Shown here in pieces: positions 29,328 through 48,140 of a DNA stretch of 64,000 bases. Every line of letters begins with the position of its first letter. Position 1 is the first letter of the stretch. The DNA is taken from NCBI RefSeq assembly GCF_009914755.1, contig NC_060929.1; one strand, written 5' to 3'. This stretch comes from the human T2T-CHM13v2.0 reference genome, Homo sapiens. The notes under the pieces were generated by a model, which was not told the DNA's origin, ran no database searches, and was given only the letters and a program-made list of their open reading frames with translations. The translations under genes were made by a program, and so were the position numbers.

Positions 29328-30022
29328 AAAGAATATTGTCATTGCAGGGCCATCTGCAAAAGGAAGGAAGGAAGAAAAACAGAGATAATATCATTATATT
29401 TTGCAATAGGGCCACCTTCAAAATAAAAAGAGGAAGAAAGGATGGAAGAAAAACAAAGGAAGGAAGGAAAGAAGGAAGGAAGGAAGGAAAACAAAACTGT
29501 GAAATAGCAGAGAAAAAAAGGAGGTGTAGGAATATGATTAAAAATTTTACCTTTGTTCCTAAAATAACATGAGTGCTTTCACTTGCAATTAAAATGTGTA
29601 CTTTAAGGAAGGCAGGGAGGCGGGCAAAGAAATAATGTCATTCTAGGACCCTCTGCAAAAGAAAGGAAAGAGGGAAAAGAGAGAAAGAAAGGAGGGAGCG
29701 AGGGAGGAGGGAAGGAAGGAAGGAAGGAAGGCAGGCAGGCAGGCAGGCAAAGAAATAACGTTGTCATTCTAGAACCATCTGCAAAAGAAAGAAAAGAGGG
29801 AAAGGAGGGAAAGAAGGAAAGAAGGAAGGTGGGCAAAGAAATAGTGTCATTGTAGGACCATCTGCAAAAGAAAGAAGAGAGGGAAAGGAGGGAAAGAAGG
29901 AAGGAAGGGAGGGAGGGAGGAAAGAAAATAGGGAAAGGAGGGAAAGAAGGAAGGAAGGGAGGGAGGGAGGGAAAGAAGGGAGGGAGGGAGGGAAAGAAGG
30001 AAGGAAGGGAGGGAGGGAGGGA
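29328..30022 (+). repeat. Composite minisatellite: about 35-bp core aaagaaata..tgtcatt[cg]taggaccatctgcaaaag separated by (GGAA/GGGA)n spacers
   Basis: Core copies near 29328, 29385 (degenerate), 29626, 29749 and 29835, followed by pure purine repeats to 30022. Confidence 0.9.
29488..29605 (+). repeat. Dispersed direct duplicate of 31710-31829
   Basis: 29520-29605 is identical to 31744-31829; the 5' part differs by one substitution and a small indel. Confidence 0.97.
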
Positions 30023-33000
30023 GTTTTTTTAAAACTTAAAATTTGTAAATGGTAAGGATCTGTTTTTAAAATGTGTTCTGTTGGGACTCAGAATTCTGAT
30101 TGCTACTTGTCCTTTGCTTGTTGTACCCAGACTTCTTCCCTGTAGGATTAGCTGTAGATTAAAAAGATACATAAATTGAAATAGATAGAAGTGTATGTGT
30201 ATGTGTGTGTGTCTATACTTGTGTGTGTATTAGCATGAGTATAATTTTAGAAAGCAATCATCAAATAGTGCTCTAAATTAGAAGAAGAACTTAAGACCTA
30301 AGAATAAATCAAAATGCAAATAAGCCAAAAACATTATTAAAAATGAACAACAAATATGTCACTCTGCTCCTTGGTCATGAAAGCAACAAGGTAAACCTAT
30401 TCACTTAAATATCATTTCTCACTGGCTGAACAAAGTGGTGGAGATGGATTTTTGGTTTGTTTGGGGTTTTTTTGTTTGTTTGTTTTGGCTTTAAAGTAAT
30501 TTTTTCTACTAGCCTTTATACCTAGCACACTACAGTAGAGCATAGGAGAGGACAGTGCTGTCATTAACAGCCTTTATACAACACATTAAATAGCAGGTTC
30601 ATGGTGATTCACCATAATTCCATGTTAGAGTCTCTCAATGTAAGTAGAGTTCACAATGTCAACCAGTAAAGCACACACACACAAAATCTGAAGGAAGCCA
30701 TAAAGGAGTGTCCTTCTCTACTGTTTTCTTGTTGATAGACACAAAATGACCACAAATTAAAAGACAATCCGCTTACTAATAAAAGTGTTACATTATCTTC
30801 CATAAGGTATTATTTGGCCTTGTGCTGCTGCAAAGATACTGAAAGAAAAGTCCCATAGGTCATAGGAGACAGAAAGAGAGAAAAAGATAGATAGAGACAG
30901 AGAGAGAGAACAGATTCACATTTTGAAATCTTTGAAATTGTGATTTTTCTGTCAGTCTGTGTTGTATTCGATTTGATGAAATGTGGTACTTTTTTGTTTT
31001 TTGTTTTTGTAACAAATGACCTTTTACCCTTGGATTCTACATAGTTTAAACAGCTCTGGTGAAAATGTTATGTTGATATGTTCATTTGCAGTTTTCATAC
31101 AAAAGATAATTAATTGCTCCTTAGAGGTTTGGGTTTGAGAAGAATTTCTGTGAATAAATTAATCTCCTGAACCTTTTACTTCTGCAGAGGAAGGAATTCC
31201 TCAGGTCAGGACAAACTCTAGCATTACAAACAAAATGTACTTTTCTTCTATATGTTTGCTTTCTTTAAGAAAATGATTAGAAAGATCAACATGCAAATAA
31301 CAGACTAAACTTCTTACGGGGGGATAAATAGTTAGCAATATATTCTGAAAATCACTGAGACCAGGATCTATTTCTATGAACGTCACTTAGTTGTATGATA
31401 ATCAGAATACATTGTTTGAAGAAAAATATTAATTTAGGTAGGTCTGAAGAGTTGTCACCAAGTTAATTAATCCCATCTGCTATTTTTACTCTCCGAGCTG
31501 GAGCAATCTGTTTGCCAGGAATTCAAAACCAGAAAAAAGGCCCCATGAGCCCCACTAACAATCTTTGTCTACAATGCCTTTCCCCTAATATACATGAATT
31601 CAAATTTGAAAAGGCGACGAAGAAAAAAAAATTATTAGGAAAATCTGATTTATTTCATTTGTGCTCATGGAAATTTAGAAAATTAACTTTAAGTATCACG
31701 ACATTCAAAAAAACAAAACTGTGAAATTGCAGAGGAAAAAAAAGGAGGTGTAGGAATATGATTAAAAATTTTACCTTTGTTCCTAAAATAACATGAGTGC
31801 TTTCACTTGCAATTAAAATGTGTACTTTATTCCTCATAATCTCCTCCTTGATTTCTTATGTCAAAAAATGTTCTTCTCTTATTAACATGAGAGTTTGACT
31901 TTGGAGTCAAACTTGAAAGTTGATTTTTTCATACTTATCTTTCTACCTAGTTTTCAGATACTACTGTATTTTGAAAGGCCTAATATTAGCTCTGTTGTTG
32001 AAAAATCACTCACATGTGACAATGTAATGCTAGTAATTACCTGCATTATAAATTTCTGAAATAGACATATGGTATCTTGTTTTCCCCAGTGAGTTTATCA
32101 CTCAGGTACTTAGATAAATATATTAACTCTTTCAGATACCTATTTTCCTAAGCCTTAAATGAGGCTAGAAATTGAAATATAAATAAACATGTATTAATTA
32201 ATGAAGAAAACTAAGAACATCCGTTATATGTACCTATAAAAATGAACTAAAAAATCAGATTTATCATTAAAAATGTCAGTTTTCTTTTTAGCGGAAAATT
32301 GCTTCATCTGACAGGTTTATTTGATGAATAGGCTGCCATAAAAGTCACCAGCAAGTGACCAACGACCAAAGTTAACATGCTATTTTTAGTCATTATTTTA
32401 TTTGATCTCATAGTCTGACATTAATTTCTTCTTATTAAACCTGATTATAATTCTACCTTTATGATTACCTCTTCTCTTTCATAAACATTTTTCATAAACC
32501 TTGTGTCTATCATTTTGCTGTGTGATTTCTCTTGAAGCAATCCTTATTCATATCCGTGAACTGAAGTTTCACCTCTTCTAGTGTATCTAGATTTCATATT
32601 GTATTTCCACCTGCTAGATTCCTCGGCCTAGATACACATTAAATGTATCCCACCTAAATCTGATTCCATTTTATTTTCCCTTAAACTTGTCTTCTCAACT
32701 ATATTATTATAATGAAACTGTTAGTGTCCCAACTTACTGTGCCCAGTTAATTGAAAACCTCAGTCATCCCACCCTTTCTTCTTTACTCAATATCCATTAT
32801 TTACTAAGTAATTATACCTGTCCTGAATTGTAAATTCTTGAGGATAGAAACCAATTATGCCCACATTGTAGGCCCAATGTTACTTCACTTCTGACTTTAT
32901 ATTAGGTACACAGTAAATACTGACATGCATACAATTCCAAAGACTTATTATTCATCATCCTTATGGGTTGACTGCACCAGAATTTTCTTGTTAGAATACT

Positions 33001-33299
33001 GCTTGGCATTGGTGGGCTGTAGCAGGATTTAATTTTTTTCATAAACACTGTTTTCATGATCCTGTCTGTCCGGATAGGATTTTAGCTTCTTGCATATCCC
33101 TGCTTCACATGGAGAGCAAACCTACAATCCCAGGGAACATCTGGGGTTTTAACATACCCATTTAAGAAAAAGATATGTTATAAAACCTTTTAACTGATTC
33201 TAGGCCATTCTTGTAACAGTCACCGATTTATCAATTTGCTGACAATATGGGATATGAATCTCCTTATACTTGGGTCATGTGTGCAATTATGTAATTTTA

Positions 33300-33560
33300 A
33301 AATTTATTCTTTCAACACACAACTATTGAGTGCCTACTATATGCAAGGAACTTTTGTAGGCACTTGGGTACATTGATAGACAGAATAGACACTGATTTTT
33401 ACCCTCGAGAAACTTAACCTTTTTCTAGTGAGAAAAAAAAAACAGACAATAAGCAATATTCTTAATAAATACATATATATCTAGTGCTACGTTACAAATG
33501 AAAAAGAGAACAAATGGAAAAGGTACACAGTGAATATGTGAGAGCAATGGTGCAGTTCTA
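33300..33560 (-). mobile_element. L2 3' end fragment
   Basis: tattgagtgcctactatatgcaagg...gtaggcacttggg...ttctagtg. Confidence 0.7.
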
Positions 33561-34587
33561 AAGAGAGAGGAAGAAAGAGGACAAATGATTTTTTTTTTTT
33601 TTTTTTTTTTTTTACTTTCCTGCAGAAATTGTGACTGAGGATGATAGATTACAATCCTTTTCTCCTTTCACAATTGGGGGTTGTATTTTTTTTCTTTTGT
33701 TCTCAATCGACTCCCTGCCTAAGTAGTGTGATGGAAAATCTAATGCGCTGAAGAAATAAGCTCTGAAATAGCCAATGAAAGAAGCCATTCCTAAAGAGTG
33801 AAGAGTTAATGAAGAATTTTTAACTGCCTATCGACTCAACTTCACTCTGTTACCATTTAAATGGCCTCAAATGGGATGTGAAGCTTAACATATCACGGAA
33901 CAGCATGTAGTTTCTGGTGGCTGCAAACATTTTCTCATTAATCTTGGTTGCTCAGCACATCAGCAATAATAAGAAGTTTCGAGAGGGTCTATGTCCTAGC
34001 CTCAAATTTGTTTTTTCTTTTGTTTTAAAGACGGGAATAAGATAATTTAACAAAGAGTAAAACATATAAACATTTCCTACATTATTTGTACTAAAATAAT
34101 TTGTTGTTTAAAGAATTAATATCTTGTTGGTATTGATGATCTGATTACACCCAGTATTCTGTTTCAACAAACAATATCTCATATGTAATTCACGTGCCTG
34201 TATCCTGTTATATTTCCTGTTCATGCTATGTCCTATGTGTTCACATATCTTAGGTTTTATGTTTTTATCTTATTCAGTTCGTCTAAAGTTCTGAACATGC
34301 TGTTTTACTCATATTATGATGGCAGTTGTAATTTTTAAATAAATTATAATTTATTATGTACATGTGCATATCTTACTCTCTAAGGCAATACCATGTTTTT
34401 TTTTTGCAAGATGCCAACTAGAACAAAGGGTTTTTCTTTCTCTGTTGATACAGATATTGACAAAATATTATGTTTATGTAAGTGACAAAAATTTACGTGT
34501 ATTCTATTTATTAATTTAAAAGTGATCATATGTAACAAATCTCCCATTTCTCAACATCCCGACTGGGTGCTCTCTGTACTCTGTGTT

Positions 34588-34717
34588 TAGGGTGAACAAA
34601 TATTCCCATTTGCCCATGATAGTTCCAATCAATGCTAGTATCTCTGCACACCATCAATAATTCCCCTTCACTCTAGAAAGCATCCCTAGTTGTATGATAA
34701 ATTAAATAGTCACCATA
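34588..34717. mobile_element. MER81-like hAT DNA transposon
   Basis: tagggtgaacaaatattcccatttgccc...ccccttcactctagaaag...gataaattaaatagtcaccata. Confidence 0.75.
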
Positions 34718-34729
34718 TCCATGATTGAT

Positions 34730-37130
<2,401 letters not shown>

Positions 37131-39786
37131 ATTATTTTTACTTTATTTGGAAATACTTCAAACTTATTAAAGTTCCAACAATAAAAGTAGTGCAAATAAC
37201 ACAATCAGCCTTTAATCATATTCATTTATAAGTTTTTATCTCATTTGCTCTCTCCCTCTCTAACATACACACACACACATATACACATCCATATTTTTTT
37301 TTGAAAATTTAGAGGTTGAGTTACATATATGTCATGGATGGACATTTAATTTTAAATACTTCAGTGTATATTTTCTAAGAATATAAGTATCTTACATTAC
37401 CACAACAGAGTTATAATCTTCATAAATTTACATAGATATCATAATTGTATCTAACCTGTTATTTATATTCTAATTTTTTCATTTGATCTAACAATGTCTT
37501 TTATGCCTTCCTTCCACCCTCAGGTACAAAATCTAGTCTACAGTTAGTTATTTCATGTAGTAGCTTATTCTTTCTGAAACATTTCCACTTATTCGCTTTG
37601 CCTTTTATGACATTGATATTTCTGGAAAACAAAGTGTACCCAACACACACTATTTTCATTAATATAACACTCCTCCTTCTTGAGTGAAATAGGCAATATT
37701 TTATCTATGTCAAGGTATCACATATGCAGGCACATAATGTCCTTCGGTCCCCCACTGATAGTAATTTTGATCACACATTCAAGGTGTCTCCTGATATCTC
37801 CACTTTATAAATACTGTTATTTTTTTCTCCTTTACAACTAATAAATGGTCTGTAAATTAATTTTAAAAATAATGAAAATAAACATCCTATCCCCATGTAA
37901 AATTTCTTCCTTAGATTTAGCATCCAGATAGTTTTGCCTGATCCAAACTTCACCATGATTGTTGCAAAATGAGGATTTTTTCCAACCCTGGTCTTTCTTC
38001 CACATTTACCAGTTGGCCTTCAGCATTTTACTATAAGTAAGACCCCTCCCGATTCTCTCATTTATTTCTTTATTTGTTTGTTGTCATATGAACTCAGGGT
38101 TTCCTATTTTTTCATTGTTTCATAATTCATTACTCTATTTCACCATTTTGGTGCTAAAGTTGTGTAGATTTGATCAATCTGGCTCCTGTGTTCTTGTAAA
38201 AGGCCCTCATCAATTTTGAGCACTGCTTTACTTTCTGACCTAACAAGATGTTATAGGCTCATTTTGTACCTGTTCTACCCTGCCTTGACAATCAACTGTT
38301 TCTCCTAGGATCTCTGGTTCTTTTCAGGAAGGTAGTGGAGATCAGGATTTGGGTGCAAGATATGCTTTGAGTATCTTTTCTCGATTGCCTTTTCAGTAAT
38401 TATGTCTAGGAAATATATGTATGCATATACATGTATATATCCATACACACATACAAATGTAAAGAATTACATTTACTTATATACATGCATGCATACATGT
38501 GAAATCACAAATTCACAGCAATACCTTCCATTCCAATCCATTCCCACAGAGTTTTTCCTCCCTTCTCTCATTCCATATTTGTTTTCCCATTCTTCCACAG
38601 TGAGAATCCTGCCTCCTGACAACCTCCACACATTTACCCATTTACTCAATCTTGTATTACATCTAATACAGTAGATGTAATTTGGAATTCTAAAATAGCT
38701 TTAGAATTTTTATGGCCATACCACTACAATAAACAAACTTACTCAAAAAAGCTTAAGATTTATTTGCAATTATATCCCTGCTTCCTCCTGGACTGCCCAA
38801 CACAAAAACTGTGTTGATAAATTATTTTGATTTGGTCAGCCTCCCTTGCCCCCTCCCTTCCTTCCTCCCTTCCTTTCTTTCATCCCATCTATGTGATTAT
38901 AATATTCATTGCAATAAAATTGTGTTCATTTATTCCATTTTTCTTTGAGATTACTCCCCACCTTCTCATTCTTAAGGGAAATAAAAAGTTAAATTTTATT
39001 TATTTATAAATTCTTATGTTTATTTATAATTTGATAAAATAATTTAATTTAATAACACTGTACCTTCAAAAGGGAAAGAAACTATGCCAAAAACTTTAGT
39101 CATAGAAGTATCTTTCCTACCCTGTCCCTTTGAATTCATTCCCCTTTGTAGATAACTAATCTTATTGTTTTGTTTTGACTTTGCTTTGTTTTTTTGTGTT
39201 TGTTTCTTAATCCTGTGCTGTGTTTGTAATAAGCAGATATGTGTATGCCTTCTTACTTCTTTCTTCCACAAAACGTATTATTTGCTTTTTGTACTTTTAA
39301 CCCCCATTTAGATTACTTAGAAATCACTCCTTGTCATTCAGTTCTTTCTCATTCAGTTTTACAGCTGCAATGTAATTCCATTGTACTGTAGTTTATTTAA
39401 CCAATCTTGTATGCTCAAAAAATTTAAATACAACAGTTCCTTGAATAACATTATTTTGTTCAATGTTCTTTTTTTCTTATAATGTTAAAGAGGAAAAAAT
39501 TCTCTTCCTGTCTGGGGCCACTGCCTTGTGGAGTTTGCATTTTCTCCCCTTGTCTGCATGGGGCTTCTCAGGGTTCTCTCCTTTCCTCTCACATCCCAAC
39601 GGTACACACATAAGATGAACTGGGGCGTGTCTACATGGTCCCGGGGTGAGTGAATGTGAGTGTGTGTGAGTGTGCCCTGCGATGGGATGGTGTCCTGGAC
39701 AAGGTGGGTTCCCACCTGGAGTCCTGCTGCTGAGACAGGATCTGGCTACCCAGGCCCCTGAACTGGAATAAATGGGTTGGAAAACA

Positions 39787-39929
39787 AATGAATGAATGAA
39801 CAAACAAATGAATGAATGAATGAACAAATGAACGAACGAATGAATGAATGAACAAACAAATGAACGAATGAATGAACAAATGAACGAACGAATGAATGAA
39901 TGAATGAACAAACGAATGAATGAATGAAT
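39787..39929 (+). repeat. (GAAT/GAAC/AAAC)n compound microsatellite expanded within MER6
   Basis: Read directly. Confidence 0.95.
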
Positions 39930-40050
39930 GCAGATCATAAAATTAAAAAATTCATCAAGTATACAATAATCGTACAAGTGCACGACAGTAAACAATGTGA
40001 CAGAACAGTGCTCAGCAAGCCTGCTGTATTGGAGATTGCTTGTTTTTTGA

Positions 40051-40484
<434 letters not shown>

Positions 40485-41734
40485 CTTTTCACTTGTTTTT
40501 AGTAATCTTTCTTAAATATATAGCTCACATTTATTTTAATGTTTAGTATTAGAAGTGTTTTGGGTCGTTATTTAGTAATGTAGTGATGTTTTGTGACCAG
40601 AAATAGGCTGCAGAAACTAAACTCTTGCTTCTAACACTTACCCTATGGTAACACTGGTTTTGTTATACATTGTTTCACTTAAAGTCACAGTTTCAAAGAA
40701 CGTATCATTTATGTTGAGAGGACTTACTGCACTTCCAACATTTTGCAATGACAAATAATACTGAAATGAATAACCTTTGTGTGTACATACTCATATTTTT
40801 GGATGTGTATCTTCAGGACAAATTCCTAGAACTTGTACTGATGAATTAAAGAGTAAATTCAGTGTAATATTTTGCTAGATATTGCTAAATTCTTATGTGT
40901 ATCAGTTGTGACATTTACATTCCTATCACCAATGTATGAGAGTGCCTTTTTCCCCATCATCCTGCCAAGAGATGTTATTTTCAGATTTTGAGTATTTGCC
41001 AATCTTACAGTAGAAAAATGGAACTTCAATATCATTTTAATTTACATTTGTCTATTAAGAGTGTTATTGAATGTATTTTCATAAGTTTAATAGCCATTTT
41101 CAGATCTCTTTTTGTGAATAATTAAGTTCATGTATTTTACCACGATAGGACTCTCGGTCCTGTTAGCCTCAATTTTTATAGGTTCTTTAGAAATTAGGGA
41201 TATCCATTCTTTATCTGTGATATACATCATAATTGTTTTCTAGTTTTTATTTGTCTTTTGACAGAGCTTATTATTTTTACTATGTTTAAAAATATTTATG
41301 TAGTACTATGTATTGGTATGTTCTTTAATTGCATATGGATTTTTAGTCAAGTTAGATAGTCTTACAATAGAAGAATTTACCCATATGTTTTCTAGTATTT
41401 ATGCAGCTTTATTTTTACATTTAGAATCTCTCATATATTTAGAATTTATGTTGGTAAGGATGTGTTGATGGTTGTATTTATATCTTTTACTAAATGGCTA
41501 TCTGGTTGTTTCAATGCCATTTACAAAAATGATGCGCTGTTCCTCTATTTGCGTTGTCGAAAATATGGTGCCAGTTTAATTCTCATAGAGAAGTGATTGT
41601 GAATCACTGAGGATTTTTCTTTATGTTTAAAATTTGATACTTTTTCTAGGATATGTTTAGAATTTAGCCTTCTAGGGTCAGTTTGCCTTTGTACTCAGTG
41701 GGCTCTTTCAATGCATAGATTAAAATCTTCTTTA

Positions 41735-42109
<375 letters not shown>

Positions 42110-42685
42110 TTATTTTCTTTTTTGGGGACATCACTAATATGAATGTTTAACCTCCTTTATATGTTTTCCACTTAAATCATTTTCTCTCTCACCCCTTTGT
42201 CTCCTTTCTTGATCTCATTTTTATTCTTTGGCTGTTTTTCTAATTTTCTTCCATGCCTTAAGTTTTCATTTAGTTCTAGACTCCCTTTTGTACCTTACAA
42301 TTGTCTATATTTTTAAGGAGTTGTCTTTTCACAACATTATTTAATTAGTTCAATCAGCACTTATTTTAATTCTTCCCATTTTGCATTTCCTATTTAAGTT
42401 TTTATATTTCTGAATCAAAGTGTTCTTTCCTATTCACAAAATGCTCACTTGAGTATATGTAATTCAGTCTTGGGGGGTACTGTGTTTCAATTTTCATTGG
42501 CTGATTTTTTGTTTGGTTGGTTTGGGTTTTGTTTTGTTTTTAGGATAAAGTTTTTCTATTTTCGTTAGCAGGTCTTTCATTTGCATTTTCTAGCATTTTA
42601 CAGTAGTTTTATGTTTATGTAGCCCACTTTCTTTTATTCTAATTTATTTTATGGTCAAGTTGCCAAGTTCAAGAGTATCCTACTT

Positions 42686-42759
42686 CATTATTATTATTAT
42701 TATTATTTGTAGAGATGGTGTCTCCCTGTCTTGCCCAGGCTGGTCTCGAACTCTTGGGT
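42686..42759 (-). mobile_element. 5'-truncated Alu left-monomer (FLAM-like) insertion
   Basis: tgtagagatgg...ttgcccaggctggtctcgaactcttggg with (att)n tail and TSD aagagtatcct (42671-42681 / 42760-42770). Confidence 0.85.
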
Positions 42760-44072
42760 AAGAGTATCCTCTTGTGTCAGTTCTACCCTCTCCTGTGTAG
42801 TTTCTCCTATAAATGTGCTGTTGCTGGTGGAAGTTGGGATAAGGTTTGGTATATCACAGCTTCTTTCCTTCTCTTCAAGGTCTCATATTTTCTCTTCTCA
42901 TGTCCTTTTGTCTCCCTGTCTTGTCTTACAGGGGATCACCCTTTTTCTGTATAGCTAATTCTTCCCCAGAAGCAATGCTTCTCTAAGACTGCTACTTCCA
43001 GTTCTGCTCATGCGGAAGGCCCCTTCCCCATGGAATTATGATGTTCAGTATTTTTGTGTATTTTTTCCTATTTCTGACAGTGATTTTACTGAACTTCCTA
43101 AGACTTTCATTCCTCTCTTCTATTTTTCATGGAGTCTCCGGTTTTCTTCCTTCTGCTCACCATTACCACTGGCTTGTGATAGTGGCCACAGTTGGGGGTT
43201 GTAGGAATTTTTCCTTTTTCTTCTACTTACAGGTAATCTGAAGATTGATTCTCTCTGTCTCCTAGGAATGCTAAAGATATTTGTCTAGTGTGGTTTTATG
43301 TTTGCTGTGTTGATTTTTTTATTTTTTAGGAGTTAAGGGGAGATTTGAAATCATGCTGCTATTGTTTTGCAAAACTTCATGGGTCGATTCTCAGCCCTCA
43401 TTTTGCTTGATTTCTCAGTAGTACTAGATAGCAATGCTAACTTTCTCCTTCTGAATATACTTCCTTCATTTTGTTTTTAGGACACTACATTCTTGTTTAT
43501 CTGTATACCTTTCTCATTGCTTCTTCAGCTTCTTTTGCTGGTTCTTCTCTTCTCCCAGATTTCCACCTTTGTATCTACTGCCTAGATCTATCTGTTAAAT
43601 CTATCTGTTAACTTCCAGACTTACATATACAGTTTTTACTCAACATCTTATCTTGGATTTCTAAAAGACACCTCATACTCAAGTGTTCAAAACTGAACTC
43701 TTGATTTGCCTCCTCCTAACTTAGCCCTGCCACCTTAAGACTTCTCTATTCCATTGATGGCAAATACATTATTTATTATTAAGACCCCAAGCCATGCATC
43801 TTTATTGACTCTTCTTTTTCTCTTCAACTTAACACTTAATTAATTCATCAAGGAATATTATTGGTTCTAATTCCAAAATCTTTCTAATTTCTCTGTTTCC
43901 TACCGCCTCTACTATTACCACACTGGTAAAAGGTGCTAACATTTTATATATAAACTACTTACAACCTCTTAACTGGTCTTCCTGCTTTCTCCATTCAGTA
44001 CTTGCAGAGGCCAGAGTCATTCTTTTCAAACATAAAAGTATATATCACCTTTTTTAATTAAAAAAAAAAACC

Positions 44073-45352
<1,280 letters not shown>

Positions 45353-46601
45353 AAGTATATATTATCTTTCCTCTGCTCTAAGCCCTCCAGTGTCTCTCTA
45401 TTTCACTCAGAGTAAAAGCTAAATTCATTATAATGGCATAAAAGCCTTACAGTCTGCCACTCATTACCTCTCTGACATCATCTACAAATCTGTTCTTTGA
45501 TTATTCCATTTCAGTTGTACTGGTGTCTTTGCTATTCAGCAAACAAGACAGATATTCTCCCAGATTAGGATTTTGCACTAGCAGTTCTTTCTGCTTAGAT
45601 CACTGTTCACATAGAAATTTACATGGCTAACTCTCTCACTCCTTTAAAGTATAAGCTCAAATATTGTCTTCTCAATGAGGCATACTCTGACCTTCCTTTT
45701 AATATAACTTACTCTATCCATGCTTTGTCACTCTAATCCCACCTATGTTGGTTTATGTTTTTATTTTTGCAACATTCATCATTAGCCAGCATAAGACCTT
45801 GGCTTCACAGAGGCTGAAGTTTTTATTGCTCCTGCATTGCGTGTGCCTAGAAGTGTGCCTGACATAGAGCAGGTACTCAATAAAAGCCTGATAATAAGTA
45901 CAGGTGGAATCAGTTCTGTAAATTCCTAACTCTTTACATTTAGATAGATGCCTCATTTATATCTGAATTCATTGTCAATTAATAGTAAATTTCCACAGGC
46001 ATATGTCAGATTTAGAGTCTATGATTTCTAATAATTACTTCCCCAAATTTTATATGTAGTAAACTGACTTAATAACTGAAGAAAATAGACTATTAAAGGT
46101 GCATCCAATCGTGATCCCTTGAAAGTATCTTCCAAGTTTAATAAGAAACTAATATCATAACAAATGTTAAATTTTTCCTTTCAAGTTTGTGGGAGGTGCA
46201 ATTTGAAGCTTTCTTATTTTAACATATATCTCACACATCCCTCATAATTTGAAACCATTAAGAAATCTGAGATCCCTTGAAATTGAAACTAGTCTTTTAA
46301 TTTTTTTCTCATTTTCACCGCACAGTAGTAGTGCTATGCCAGTCTTTTTTCCTCTTTAAATCCCTTAAAGAAAGCATGCAAGAACCACACTGTTAACAGA
46401 TTTCATTCACTGTTTGGTGTTGTTAATTAAAATAAATTCAAACTTATATTCTCATATGATAGAAAATGACATCGAGATTCTATAATCCAAGCCTCTTAAT
46501 TTATTGCAACATTAACTGAGGGAGAAAAATATTATATCATTTACCAATGCTCATACAATTAATTAATGTCAAAGTGAGGACAAAAATTCAGGTGCCTCAA
46601 T

Positions 46602-47254
<653 letters not shown>

Positions 47255-47619
47255 AAAGAAAGAAAGAAAAAAAAAACAGACTTTAGGTTCCTTAATTTTC
47301 AGAACAAAGTCCTTTCTATTATCCCATATTGTATTATCACTTGAAAAAAATCACCTATGTTTTTCATGGAATATAAAGGCATGTATAATATGCCATTATA
47401 TATGTATATGTATGCATACCTATATATCTATATATAATATACATATGTATTTTTTCTGTTAGTTTCCATTTCCTCGTTCATGTCTTATAATAGATTTATA
47501 GATATGTGGACCCATACAAAAATGTTAAGATGTCAAATTTTTTAGTTTCTTTATGCCAGATCTAGAAAACTGCTGATGATAAGTTAATATAAAAATGTTT
47601 GCTCATATCATTTGAAGCA

Positions 47620-48140
47620 TTTTATTCTCCAACTAATATTAAAAAAAACTAACAAAACCTTTCTAAATCATAGGACATTTATATCTCACATACCAAAAAG
47701 TTTAGTCAGAAAGTTTGCAGAATTGGTTAATCAAATAGTTCAAAAATTTTATCAAATTTTCTTCCACATTTCCATCCTGTCATCTTCAGCTTGCAGACTT
47801 GTGCTCTTAGTGTGTCACTGTGCATAATCCAGTGATGGCTGACACTTTCCAAGGCATCACATGTACATGTCAGATTCTACATGAGGTAGAACTGTTCTTG
47901 TCTTGTGCTCCATTTTTAAAAAGGAGAAAGAAAATCATTGTATGAAGTCTTCCAGTTGATATCTTCTCATGTCTCTGTGGCAAGTCTTGTGTCAAACCTA
48001 TGCCTAAATTAATCATTTGACAAGGGGATGAGGCTTACATTAATAAAATAAATTGGGTCTAATATCCTTGGAAAGCATGGGTTTTCTTTAGTAAAAACAA
48101 AGGTAAATAAGGGAGTTAAATAGGCAAACGATAATGCCAT
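47620..48140 (-). mobile_element. Ancient MaLR-like LTR relic
   Basis: atttatatctcacata, ccaaggcatcacatg, ttctcatgtctc and cctaaattaatcatttgacaagggg motifs; boundaries uncertain. Confidence 0.4.

Noticed and set aside
29328-29880. CRISPR-like repeat/spacer appearance
   Set aside because: Eukaryotic context, degenerate repeats, low-complexity spacers of irregular length and no cas genes; it is a minisatellite
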